In this document: positions 8,190 through 16,816 of the stretch, piece by piece | How the letters are laid out: the number at the start of each line of letters is the position of its first letter | Position numbering within the stretch: the stretch's first letter is position 1 | Assembly: GCA_018969615.1 (NCBI GenBank) | Contig: JAGWYA010000006.1 | Span: 1-55,153, forward strand | Direction: 5' to 3' | From: Patescibacteria group bacterium | GTDB taxonomy: Bacteria > Patescibacteriota > Minisyncoccia > UBA6257 > 02-FULL-45-10c | DNA length: 55,153 bases | Position numbers and translations under genes: made by a program | Notes under the pieces: model-generated | The model's database searches: none | Seen by the model: the letters and a program-made list of their open reading frames with translations, nothing else | Told to the model about the DNA's origin: nothing

Positions 8190-9332
8190 GTGATCTGCCT
8201 ATATTGCGGTTTCGACAAACCGGAAGCCGAATTTAGTTCCGAGCACATCATCCCGAAGGCACTTATCTGCGGCGGATTGGAGCCCACCAATCCGTTCATT
8301 CTGCCGGTGTGTGGCAGGTGCAATAACCTTTGTGGCCGTTTCGTTGACCGCCCCTTTATTAAGAATTGGTTTTCTCACGGCAACCGGGCGCACAACGAAC
8401 GCCGTTACGTGGATCTAGCTAGAAACCCCGAGATTCCACTTAGTTATATGGGCTGCTTGAGTGAATCGCCGGTAGCGGGAAAGACCTGCGATAACTGGGT
8501 TGGTCCCACTGGCGACCAGATTTTCCATTTGCACGATCCGTATCCCGACCTGGAGCTTGTCGGGAAACCGCTCCCTGCTCGTGGGCAGACTTTTGATCCA
8601 GGGATGGTCTTTCTATTCATGCGGGCGACGAATCCGGCCTGGCACTCCTGCATCTTGAAATCAGTTGCGGCCGGATTTGAGAACGCGCAACTCTATATCG
8701 TGAATGGCGCGAATCCGCCACCTCCTTTCCAGAAGATTCCATCGGAGCTTGAATCTCTCAAAAATAGGCTAATCGAAATCGTGCAAGAACCGCTCAAGCT
8801 GGAATTCAAGATGGCGGCTGACTATGGAGATCGTTTCCTTTCCAAGCTTGCACTCGGATTTGGCGGCCTTTTACTCAAGTCAGACTTTAAAGTAAGCCAA
8901 GATGCAAAACGGCTTCGGGGATTCCTATGGGAGCGGGACTCTGAAAAACGTGCCACGCTAGAGGTTCGGGGTGCGAGTTTCGGATCTTTGCCGAAGAATG
9001 CAACCGTGGAGCGGGTTCTTCCCTGGGCTCCGGGCCATGTCATATATATCGCCGACATGGGGGAGTTCCTCTCGTTAATTCCAATATTCTACGGCGTTCA
9101 AGCCGCAGCCATAGAGATTGCCCGTGATCGGGCCCTGTGGGAAGGTAAAATCCCGGCAGAGGGTATCATCTACGTCATTGCCCCTGGTTTCAAATCTTGG
9201 ATGCCCGCCAAGCTCGGTCACTACATTGCCGCGCGAATCGGTCAGTTACCGGAAACGGATGAGCTCGAGCAATTCATAAAGGTGGCGGAAAATCCACCGG
9301 AGCTCCCGCCATTTGAGGCACCTAAGTCTTAA
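8190..9332 (+). CDS. HNH-endonuclease-domain protein with a roughly 300-aa uncharacterised C-terminal domain
   Basis: GTG start. N-terminus ICLYCG...[10 protein letters not shown]...CGRCNNLCG gives a CxxC...EH...CxxCN HNH/zinc-finger pattern. The rest is not recognised. Confidence 0.5.
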   Translation: MICLYCGFDKPEAEFSSEHIIPKALICGGLEPTNPFILPVCGRCNNLCGRFVDRPFIKNWFSHGNRAHNERRYVDLARNPEIPLSYMGCLSESPVAGKTCDNWVGPTGDQIFHLHDPYPDLELVGKPLPARGQTFDPGMVFLFMRATNPAWHSCILKSVAAGFENAQLYIVNGANPPPPFQKIPSELESLKNRLIEIVQEPLKLEFKMAADYGDRFLSKLALGFGGLLLKSDFKVSQDAKRLRGFLWERDSEKRATLEVRGASFGSLPKNATVERVLPWAPGHVIYIADMGEFLSLIPIFYGVQAAAIEIARDRALWEGKIPAEGIIYVIAPGFKSWMPAKLGHYIAARIGQLPETDELEQFIKVAENPPELPPFEAPKS

Positions 9333-11265
9333 GAAACCGCTCCACTCGTTCCCGGGAACTTCGCATTGGCTTCGATTTTTCTGTCTCCCAATCCGCCAGG
9401 GTCGATTCGTCCACACCCATGGCCTTGGCCAGGGCTTCCTGACTGAGCCCCAGTCCTTCCCGCCAGACACGGATTTTTTGGGATAATTTCCTTGTTCCTG
9501 CCGCCGGGAAAGGGCAATACTCCAGGAAGGCGTGGATGCGGGGGTAGAACCGGATGCCGGGGACGCGTTGGTTGAGCTCCCAGTTGTTGATGGAACCTTC
9601 GTCCACACCCAGGCGTATGCTTAGGGCGAGTTGGCTCAGGCCCAGGTCAAGCCGGCGCTTCCGGATGTGATCGCCCAGGGTCGTCAGGGCCTTCGGATAT
9701 AATGAATTCAATGGCTTTTTCGCCGTCAGACGGAGCTTGCCAAAAGGCAACGCGGCCATGACGTTGCGTTGCCTATCTGCTACGGATTCCGAAGACGGAG
9801 GGACGAGGTCTGAGGCGCTCGGCAGATAGCTCAGATTGATTGTAACGTCCCCCTTCCCTACCACTACCCGCTCCGTGATCTGCTCGATGATTGTCCGTTT
9901 CTCTTCCCTGGTCAGATTCGGCCAGTGAGTGTAGAGATCGCGAGCCTCGCTGATGACCTCGTCCGAAGATTGGAATTGAATGCGGACGAAATCGATCTCG
10001 GCCAAGAGCGCCGGAATTCGGTTTTGAAGCTGTTGATAGCGCTCTTCGAGCGGCCGATTTTCGCGTCCGAAGCCTTCCTTTGAGATTTCGTCGGCCATGT
10101 AGAGCTGTAGGAGCTTGTCCATCCGGGCTTTAAGCTTCTTCTGTTCATCCTCCATGGTGGCCAGGAGGTCCTGCTTTTCCTTGAGAGCCTGATCGGCCGA
10201 TTCCAGGTGCTTGGCGACCTCCTCCGGGGAGAAGAAGAACCGCTTGAGCTGTTCGTGGAAGATGGCTTCCAGGTCGTCCACCCCGATTTTGTTCCGGCAC
10301 TTGGAGCAGACGTACTTTGGGGTGCTGGACGGGACATACATCTTCTGATCCCCGCCGCAGAGGCCGCAGAACACGAAGCCTGAGAAAAGCTGGACCGTCT
10401 TCTTGGCCGGCCGTTTGCCGCTGGCCTTTCGTTCCTGGAGGATGACGTTCGCCTGGTTCCAAAGGTCCTCAGAGACGATGGCCTCGATCTCAGTGTGGAC
10501 CCATTCGCTCTCCGGCTTGAAGCTCCAGGACTTCCCGTCGCCCTTGGACTTGGTGTAGTTGGCGCGGCGGAGGCCCTTGGCCGATGGGTCGCTGATGAGG
10601 CGGTCCACAGTGGTATCCGAGAACTTGGCCCCGCTTCGGGTGCGGTGCCCGCGCTCATTGAGGATGCGGGCGACGGTTTTTTTGCGGCGGTGTTCCACGA
10701 AGAGTTCGTAGATGAGCTTGCGGACGGGGGCTTCTTTGGGGTCTACCACGAGCTGCTTGTTCTGCCAGGCGTACCCGAAGGGCGCGGCGCCGCCCAGGGA
10801 CTTGCCGAGCTTGGCGCGGATCGGAACCGAGGCCGCGACCCGGGAGGCGATCTCTTCCCGCTCCCATTGGGCCATCGCGGCGATCATGGTGTAAAAAAGA
10901 CGCCCGGCGGGCGTCGAGGTGTCGATCGCTTCTTGGAGGGAGATTAAGTCGGCGTCGTACTTGTTGAACTCATCGGCGAAGTCGAGAAGCTGGCGGGTGT
11001 TTCGAGCAAGGCGGGCAAGCTTTGAGAAGATGAGGCCGGTGATGTGGCCGGATTCGATGTCAGCCCGCATCCGCTTGGTTTCCGGATGCTCAGAGACATC
11101 CTTCCCGCTGACCCCGGCGAGGTTATAGACCTCGCGGACCTTCCAGCCTTTGGACTCGGCGTAGTAGCGGGCGCGCCTCTCGTGGTGCTCCGGGCTTTCG
11201 CCCTGAGCCTGATCCTCGGTGGAGACGCGAATCCAGATGCCGACGGCTTTGGAGGGCTTGTCCAT
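9322..11265 (-). CDS. Large serine recombinase fused to two C-terminal XRE-type HTH domains
   Basis: Resolvase catalytic N-domain [19 protein letters not shown]...[12 protein letters not shown]. Recombinase domain followed by zinc ribbon CGLCGG...CSKCRNK and a coiled coil. The last roughly 130 aa contain two HTH_XRE-like units ([23 protein letters not shown] and [23 protein letters not shown]). Confidence 0.85.
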   Translation of the reverse strand: MDKPSKAVGIWIRVSTEDQAQGESPEHHERRARYYAESKGWKVREVYNLAGVSGKDVSEHPETKRMRADIESGHITGLIFSKLARLARNTRQLLDFADEFNKYDADLISLQEAIDTSTPAGRLFYTMIAAMAQWEREEIASRVAASVPIRAKLGKSLGGAAPFGYAWQNKQLVVDPKEAPVRKLIYELFVEHRRKKTVARILNERGHRTRSGAKFSDTTVDRLISDPSAKGLRRANYTKSKGDGKSWSFKPESEWVHTEIEAIVSEDLWNQANVILQERKASGKRPAKKTVQLFSGFVFCGLCGGDQKMYVPSSTPKYVCSKCRNKIGVDDLEAIFHEQLKRFFFSPEEVAKHLESADQALKEKQDLLATMEDEQKKLKARMDKLLQLYMADEISKEGFGRENRPLEERYQQLQNRIPALLAEIDFVRIQFQSSDEVISEARDLYTHWPNLTREEKRTIIEQITERVVVGKGDVTINLSYLPSASDLVPPSSESVADRQRNVMAALPFGKLRLTAKKPLNSLYPKALTTLGDHIRKRRLDLGLSQLALSIRLGVDEGSINNWELNQRVPGIRFYPRIHAFLEYCPFPAAGTRKLSQKIRVWREGLGLSQEALAKAMGVDESTLADWETEKSKPMRSSRERVERFLKT

Positions 11266-11573
11266 GAGCGATCTCCTAGCGTTTGCTGGAACGGCGAGGC
11301 GGCTTTTGTTTTTTGCTGGCGGGGAGGAATCCTTCCTCAGGCTTGACGTGCATGAGCCGCCAGAGGAAGAAGTCCAGCCCGCCCCAGTCTACGTAATTGG
11401 CATAGACCTGGACCGAGAATTCGGCAAGGAGGATATTCCGGGGGCTGCGCTTCATGCAGTCTTATACGGGATGGGTGGAGATTGGTTCCCTTTTCTGAAA
11501 AGCGCATGAGGCATTGCATTTATTACCAAACAGGGGTTATACTTGAAACGACGGTTGTTGCTTAACAATTATC

Positions 11574-12392
11574 ATGGGTGAACCTGAAAAAGAGCCTTCA
11601 CTAACTGGAGAACTCCCACCTTCGACGGCTGGCGAGCTAAAGGGATTGAATCGGCAACCCGAAAAGGCGCCGGATGCTTCGTTTGTTTCTAGAGATGCTC
11701 GTATCCTCGTTGTTGACGATAATGACGTGGTGGGAAAATTGATTTCAGCCATACTCACCGCGGATGGTTACGAAGTGGAGTGCCGCAAGCAGAAAGATGT
11801 GTCTCCTACGAGCTTTCCCTCAAAAGCGGATTTGATAGTGATAGATGCCCTCATGCCGCTTCCAGGTCAAGATGTTCCCTTGGGCGTGGGTGAGGTCCTA
11901 AAAAATCTGAAAGCCTCTGCAGTTACGCGTGGAACCCCTGTCGTTGTGGTTACCGGCAAAACGTTGACGGGGAAAAATTTTGGCGAAGGTGATTTTCTTG
12001 AAAAAGTGGTAGAGCTGGACGAGCTTTTAGCAGCAATACCCGAACGAATAGCTAAGGCGAAGATGCAGAAATCGGAAGGGATGTATTCGGAATCTCCTTC
12101 TGCTCCTGGAAACACATCGGGAGCGGAAGGAGGTAAGAAGATGTCTGAGAATCCGGAACTTAAGTCGCCCGAAGAAAAGAACAATGAAATTCCGGCCAAA
12201 CCCCTCATCCCAAAACGCTGGTATGGAATTTGGGCAGTCCTATTGTTGCCGCTACTGGTTCATTCGTTAACTCCGGTGAATCCGGGAACAGAAAATTTTC
12301 GGGCGATTCTCGGATATGTCTTCATTGGCATGATCCCGCTGGTTGCACTTTTTGCCGTGTACGACTGCCTCCGCATTTTGGCCAGTGACTAA
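11574..12392 (+). CDS. Response-regulator receiver (REC) domain protein with two C-terminal TM helices
   Basis: REC motifs are present: ILVVDDND (acidic pocket), LIVIDALMP (phospho-acceptor Asp), VVVVTGK (Thr) and DFLEKV (Lys). After a low-complexity linker come two hydrophobic helices, WYGIWAVLLLPLLVHSL and ILGYVFIGMIPLVALFAVY. Confidence 0.65.
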   Translation: MGEPEKEPSLTGELPPSTAGELKGLNRQPEKAPDASFVSRDARILVVDDNDVVGKLISAILTADGYEVECRKQKDVSPTSFPSKADLIVIDALMPLPGQDVPLGVGEVLKNLKASAVTRGTPVVVVTGKTLTGKNFGEGDFLEKVVELDELLAAIPERIAKAKMQKSEGMYSESPSAPGNTSGAEGGKKMSENPELKSPEEKNNEIPAKPLIPKRWYGIWAVLLLPLLVHSLTPVNPGTENFRAILGYVFIGMIPLVALFAVYDCLRILASD

Positions 12393-12750
12393 TTTGAAAC
12401 TGACTCGGAAGCAGCTTCGTGTCCTCATTATCCTTTCCATCGGCCAAGTCGTGTTTGCGGGCGGCGCGCTTCATTTTTTCAATCACTGGGCATTTCCCAG
12501 TAAACCAATCCCCGTACCTTGTTGTACGGGGACTTTTTATTCACCCAGCAATGTGGACGCGTGGTGGTTCGTAATCCAAACGATTACAACCACGGGGTAT
12601 GGATCTCTCCCTGTGTGGACCAATAGACTGAAAATACTTTCTTCGATTCTAATGATAGGGAGCATATTGATGTGGACGGTGTTTCTTGGGTTGGTAATCA
12701 ACATTATTCACGATTACCTCAAAGGGGACGGCCGAACCAAATCGCGGTAG
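12343..12750 (+). CDS. Minimal 2-TM K+-channel-like pore protein
   Basis: Canonical selectivity filter TTTGYGS preceded by pore helix DAWWFVIQTI, flanked by TM1 (LRVLIILSIGQVVFAGGALHFF) and TM2 (ILSSILMIGSILMWTVFLGLVINII). The start is ambiguous: ATG at 12343 overlaps the upstream gene, and TTG at 12394 lies just after its stop. Confidence 0.7.
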   Translation: MHFLPCTTASAFWPVTNLKLTRKQLRVLIILSIGQVVFAGGALHFFNHWAFPSKPIPVPCCTGTFYSPSNVDAWWFVIQTITTTGYGSLPVWTNRLKILSSILMIGSILMWTVFLGLVINIIHDYLKGDGRTKSR

Positions 12751-12772
12751 CCAGTCTGAGTTGGTGGGTGTT

Positions 12773-13285
12773 TCATTCGCTAGAGGCTCCTGTTACGGCC
12801 AGCGCTGCCGCATCAAAGATGTTCATCCGGTAGTCCTCGGTCATCCAGATTTCTCTGTGGCGCGGTAGACGCGGGATTAGCTCCGGAAAGATCGTTGTCA
12901 GCGCGTGAGCAATCTCTTCTTTCGTGATGGCGCCCGCTCCCTCGAACGTGGCCTGAACCTCCTCGCGTGAATAGCGGAGGACTTTTATCTTCCGTTTCCG
13001 TGCAGCGGTAGCAATCTTCTCCATGATGTTCTGTGTGGTGCGCGTCCTGCGCCAATCGTCCTTGTAGTCCTCGAGGACGAGTACATCCGGGCCGTAGCGG
13101 TCGAGGAGATCCGTGGCGAGCCCCAGGGCGTCATAGTTGAGAGACTTTGTGCCCCTGAAGTTCTTCACGCCCCAATCAACGAGGCGCTTGGGCTCCTTTT
13201 CGAGGATCGCGTAGGCCAGGCCCTCTGTTGTGGGGTCGAGAGCGAGGATGCGGGTATAGGTGGTGGGGATATACGTATTCGTCAT
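12773..13285 (-). CDS. RuvC-like (RNase H fold) nuclease
   Basis: ILALDPTTEGLAYAIL (first catalytic Asp), VLVLEDY (Glu) and MNIFDAAALA (C-terminal Asp) occur in RuvC-like order and spacing. There is a 4-nt ATGA-type overlap with the upstream XRE gene. Confidence 0.55.
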   Translation of the reverse strand: MTNTYIPTTYTRILALDPTTEGLAYAILEKEPKRLVDWGVKNFRGTKSLNYDALGLATDLLDRYGPDVLVLEDYKDDWRRTRTTQNIMEKIATAARKRKIKVLRYSREEVQATFEGAGAITKEEIAHALTTIFPELIPRLPRHREIWMTEDYRMNIFDAAALAVTGASSE

Positions 13286-13698
13286 CGTGTGATATCGCGC
13301 GGCGGCTGACCGTGAGCGAGTTCCTGCAGGAACTGCATCTTCCGAGCGAGAGCCGGGCTGGCCGGCTGTGCTCCGAGTTTGGCGAGCAGGCGCTGCGCGC
13401 GTTTGTGAATGGTAATGGCGACCTCATCGTAGTGACCGGCGAAGAGGTCTTCGAGGGAAGCGTTGAAAATGAAGCTGTACGCGAGGATCGCGTCGAAGGT
13501 CGGAATCCGCCGGCCGTTTTCGTAGCGGCTGACCTTAGAGTCCCGGGTTGCACCGAGAAGGAACGCGAGCTCTTCTTGGGTGAGCGCGCTCCGCTTGCGG
13601 TACATCCGGAGATAGTTGGAAAGTCTGTGTGTCGGCATTTGTGAGAAACGCACGAGGCCGTTTCTCCTCGAACAGTACACGTTCTGCGGAATTTGCAT
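13282..13698 (-). CDS. XRE-family helix-turn-helix transcriptional regulator
   Basis: YRKRSALTQEELAFLLGATRDSKVSRYENGRRIP is a classic HTH_3 pattern. Translationally coupled to the RuvC-like gene. Confidence 0.75.
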   Translation of the reverse strand: MQIPQNVYCSRRNGLVRFSQMPTHRLSNYLRMYRKRSALTQEELAFLLGATRDSKVSRYENGRRIPTFDAILAYSFIFNASLEDLFAGHYDEVAITIHKRAQRLLAKLGAQPASPALARKMQFLQELAHGQPPRDITR

Positions 13699-13895
13699 CG
13701 GAGGGGGAAGTTGCCGTCTCCGGCAGGTTCCTGTTCATTTTTGGGTGTTCCCGGGGCGGCGTATCCACACGAAAAGGCATGTGCGTCAGATGAGTTGTTA
13801 ATGTGCGCAGTGTCGTCGAGGGTCGGGCATTTGACGGATTTCAAGTTCCGTGTTACCGTGAGATCAGTTCAAAAACATGCGAAATCAGGAGGGAG

Positions 13896-14202
13896 CATGA
13901 TCGCTCACGGCATTGTCAGTTACGATGACGGGGTCCCGGATATCTGTTGCCGCACTCTGGCAAGCAGGGAGGACGGCTTGCATTTTTTCGTGGAGTGGCT
14001 GGCAGGGCTTCGGAAGCCTACGGATTTCGAGGAGATATCCGCTTCTCGGATCATAGTCGGAGACGACGATGTTTCGGCAAAGATCTTCTTCCGGGGTCCG
14101 AAGGAGGATATGGCTCCGCTCGTCGCAGTCGCCCGGTGGTATCTTGCGCATGCGCGCAGCGGTTCTCCGGCGGTTCCCGCACGGGAGAAGATCGCTTCCT
14201 GA
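13896..14202 (+). CDS. Hypothetical protein (102 aa)
   Basis: The ATG at 13896 is preceded by AGGAGGGAG. A clean intrinsic terminator follows. The longer track ORF from 13693 lacks a ribosome-binding site. Confidence 0.45.
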
Positions 14203-14217
14203 TTCCGGCATCAACAA

Positions 14218-14246
14218 GGAGCCCTTTCGAGGGCTCCTTTTTTATT
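14218..14246 (+). terminator. Intrinsic terminator
   Basis: GGAGCCC-TTTCGA-GGGCTCC hairpin followed by TTTTTT. Confidence 0.7.
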
Positions 14247-14369
14247 GCCCGAAATACGACGCAATGTGCTCATTCCATTATCGGCCATCAGGCCGAGGGC
14301 CTGGTGTGGATAAAAAGCGAGGGAAGCCGTATGTGAATTTTCCACTCGCCTGTTTTGTTGAGGTGCTGG

Positions 14370-14936
14370 TCAGTTTCCTCCTCTCAGCTCGCGTAGGTGA
14401 AACGCGATCCGAAGCTTCTCTCGTGCTCGGGATACCCGCGAGCGGATAGTCCCGGTCGGTACGCCGAGTCGTCGCGCGGCATCGCCATAGTGCAGCCCGG
14501 CGATGTCGCAGAGCGCGATGACCTTGCGGTGCGGCGGGTTCAGCGTCAGGTACGCCTCGCGGGCGAGCCCCAGCATTTCCTCGTGGACGAGCGTCTCGAG
14601 GATCGGCTTGTCGGTGCCGGCGAGCAGTCCCAGGTACGGCGTGCTGCCTTCCTCGGTTTCGACGTTCCCATCGAGCGAGCGATTGTGGCGCTCGGGCCCT
14701 CTGCGGCGGTCGATGAACTCATGTTTGAGGATGGCGAGGAACCACGACTTGAAGCTTCGCGCGGGATCGTACTGATCCCAGTGTTGGAGGGCCTGGTAGC
14801 AGGCTTCCTGCACGAGCTCGCGGGCTTCGTCCCGGTTATGGCACAGCTGGAACGCTACACAGTACGCGCGCTGTCCGGACTCCTTGAGGAACTTTGCCAG
14901 GCATTGCGCGGGGGTCTCTCCATTCGCGTTTCTCAT
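14370..14936 (-). CDS. ECF-type sigma-70 family RNA polymerase sigma factor
   Basis: Region 2 (ARELVQEACYQALQHWDQYDP...FKSWFLAILKHEFIDRRR) and region 4 HTH (IALCDIAGLHYGDAARRLGVPTGTIRSRVSRAREKL). Confidence 0.85.
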   Translation of the reverse strand: MRNANGETPAQCLAKFLKESGQRAYCVAFQLCHNRDEARELVQEACYQALQHWDQYDPARSFKSWFLAILKHEFIDRRRGPERHNRSLDGNVETEEGSTPYLGLLAGTDKPILETLVHEEMLGLAREAYLTLNPPHRKVIALCDIAGLHYGDAARRLGVPTGTIRSRVSRAREKLRIAFHLRELRGGN

Positions 14937-14990
14937 GTACGGCCTCCCTTCGGTTGGATGTCCCCGAAGTCCCGTTGTCTACCCGCCCGT

Positions 14991-16451
14991 TCAAATAGGC
15001 GGGAGACTTTGCGGGGACTTGGGGACATGGGGAGGACCGGTGGACGTTCCGGTGGATATTGAGGCATCAGGCGTTTGTTCGGAAAATAAGGGCGCCGGGG
15101 GGACTTCAGGACTTTGTTCAGGGGATGCCGGCGGGGGGACGTCGTAGCGGAGGGAGAGGCGGTCGAGCTTGGCGTATTCCGATTGGGGGAGGACGAAGAT
15201 GCCGTGCCGCTTCATAGGGACCAGGTGGAGTTTCGTTCGGAGGAGGTAGCCGACCCATTTGGGGGTGATCTTGCGGTCGTACTCTTCGCCGAACTTGGCA
15301 GCGAAGGTGTCCGTGATGTCCTTGAGGGCGACGGAAGATGATGCATCGGTCCAGAGTTCTCGGACGACTTCGAGAATCTGCGCTTCGGCTTCGAGGCCCC
15401 GTGCCCCTACCATCAGATCGTGATATTCACGGGCCAGGCCCTGAAGCTCTTGCCGGATTGCCGGGTCGTCTACGGTGCTGAGGAGCGGAACGAAGATTTG
15501 GCTGAGCCGTGGCTCGATGGCCCGGTCTACGAGAGACGGATCAACGGTGCAATGGGCAAGATTGCGGAACCGGAAGAGCAGGAGCTTGTTGCGGAGGCTC
15601 AGAGCTTCGCGTTGCTGTGCCTGCGGGAGGTTGATCGGGATGTCCCGGCGCAGTTCCCGCTCGCCCATCGGTTCGGTGAGGAAGCGGCTTTCGAGCGCCC
15701 GGTCTTCGAAGAGGCCGCGCGTAGCGACGATCTTGGGGCCGAAGACGGCGTATGCTCGGGGGTTGAACTCCTTGGTCTGCGGGGAGGCCTCGCTCCGGAG
15801 GACCGGGAAGCCCCGGACGTTCCCGTTGTTGAGGATTTTCACCATCTCGGAGCGTTCGTCGCTTTGGCGGAAGTCGGACTCGTCGATAATGAGAGTGCCA
15901 CGGAAGGCGTCGAGGATGCGGAACAGCGGGGAGATCGTCGAGGCTCCGGAGGCGAAGATGGGTTTGTAGCAGAGGGAGCCGACGGTCAGGAGGAAGCGCG
16001 TCTTGCCGCTGCCCGGCTCGCCTTGAATGCGGAGATATGGGAGTTCGTTGAAGGCGTCGTAGACCCAGGAGAACAAGACATACGAACTGGCGATGCGTTC
16101 ATAGAGCGGGCTTACATCGACGTAGCGGTGAATGAAGGACCGGATTTCGTCGAGAAGCTGGGTTGTGCTGCCGTATTCCTCGGGCATGGAGGGTAGGAGG
16201 ACGACGTTGTTGATGAGGAGGTTATTGCGCGGCGAGTACGGGACCAGGCGCTCGGCCGAGGAGAGCAGGATGTCGCTCGCGAGCGTCCAGGTGGCCCCGT
16301 CGTATACGGCGAAGCGGGTCCGGACGAGCTCCGGGTCATACACCAGCTCCACAATGCGGCCATCGGGAAGATGAGCGGAGCCGGCGGGGATGCGGCGGAC
16401 CGACTGTTCTTGGGGCGCGGCGTGCGCGTGCGGGGTATCCATGCGCCCCAC
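14991..16451 (-). CDS. P-loop NTPase, possibly a replication or mobilisation helicase-like protein of the element
   Basis: Walker A GEPGSGKT and Walker B LIIDESD. The overall layout resembles phage or plasmid primase-helicase C-terminal ATPases. The functional assignment is only an inference. Confidence 0.5.
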   Translation of the reverse strand: MGRMDTPHAHAAPQEQSVRRIPAGSAHLPDGRIVELVYDPELVRTRFAVYDGATWTLASDILLSSAERLVPYSPRNNLLINNVVLLPSMPEEYGSTTQLLDEIRSFIHRYVDVSPLYERIASSYVLFSWVYDAFNELPYLRIQGEPGSGKTRFLLTVGSLCYKPIFASGASTISPLFRILDAFRGTLIIDESDFRQSDERSEMVKILNNGNVRGFPVLRSEASPQTKEFNPRAYAVFGPKIVATRGLFEDRALESRFLTEPMGERELRRDIPINLPQAQQREALSLRNKLLLFRFRNLAHCTVDPSLVDRAIEPRLSQIFVPLLSTVDDPAIRQELQGLAREYHDLMVGARGLEAEAQILEVVRELWTDASSSVALKDITDTFAAKFGEEYDRKITPKWVGYLLRTKLHLVPMKRHGIFVLPQSEYAKLDRLSLRYDVPPPASPEQSPEVPPAPLFSEQTPDASISTGTSTGPPHVPKSPQSLPPI

Positions 16452-16567
16452 GGTACGCCGATCTTATTCTCTTTCCTAGACAGAGAATCCTGCCAAGATC
16501 GAATGATTCCTCTTCGGCAAAATTCTGGACCTTTGCGGGATGCTCGGGGGGTGTATCGTCTTTGAGT

Positions 16568-16816
16568 ATGAAAAAAGAACATCAAGAGGCGCTACGGCGC
16601 CTCTACCCCCAGCTCCCGCCTGAGCAGATCGTGGCACTCGACACGTTGCTTGATCGCTATGCGGCCTTCCTGTGGCAGATGCATGCCCGGGTAACGGCGA
16701 GCGATGAGGCGTGGAACGAGTTCCTGGCTTTGACAGAAGGTGCGGCGCGCTCTATCGTGGAGGAAGAACCTTCACACCAAAGGTCGAAAATTTATCGTCG
16801 AGATCAAAATGTATGA
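16568..16816 (+). CDS. Small hypothetical protein coupled to the recombinase
   Basis: Its stop overlaps the recombinase ATG (ATGA at 16813-16816). It could be an accessory or directionality factor, but no motif was recognised. Confidence 0.35.
   Translation: MKKEHQEALRRLYPQLPPEQIVALDTLLDRYAAFLWQMHARVTASDEAWNEFLALTEGAARSIVEEEPSHQRSKIYRRDQNV

Noticed and set aside
9912-10947. Alternative-frame ORFs inside the first serine recombinase gene (248 aa minus strand, 150 aa plus strand)
   Set aside because: They are Pro/Arg/Ser- or Gly/Ala-rich translations typical of off-frame reading of GC-rich coding DNA. The recombinase frame has all the expected domains.
13176-13844. 222-aa minus-strand ORF and the long form (13693 start) of the 169-aa plus-strand ORF
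   Set aside because: They overlap the well-supported XRE and RuvC-like genes out of frame. The shorter 13896 start has an AGGAGG ribosome-binding site.
15420-16196. 258-aa and 164-aa plus-strand ORFs
   Set aside because: They lie antisense to the Walker A/B NTPase gene, and their composition is typical of GC-rich shadow frames.
16711-16812. N-terminal 34-codon extension of the second recombinase
   Set aside because: The ATG at 16813 forms an ATGA overlap with the upstream small ORF. It is immediately followed by the conserved resolvase N-terminus (YAYIRVSTAKQ).
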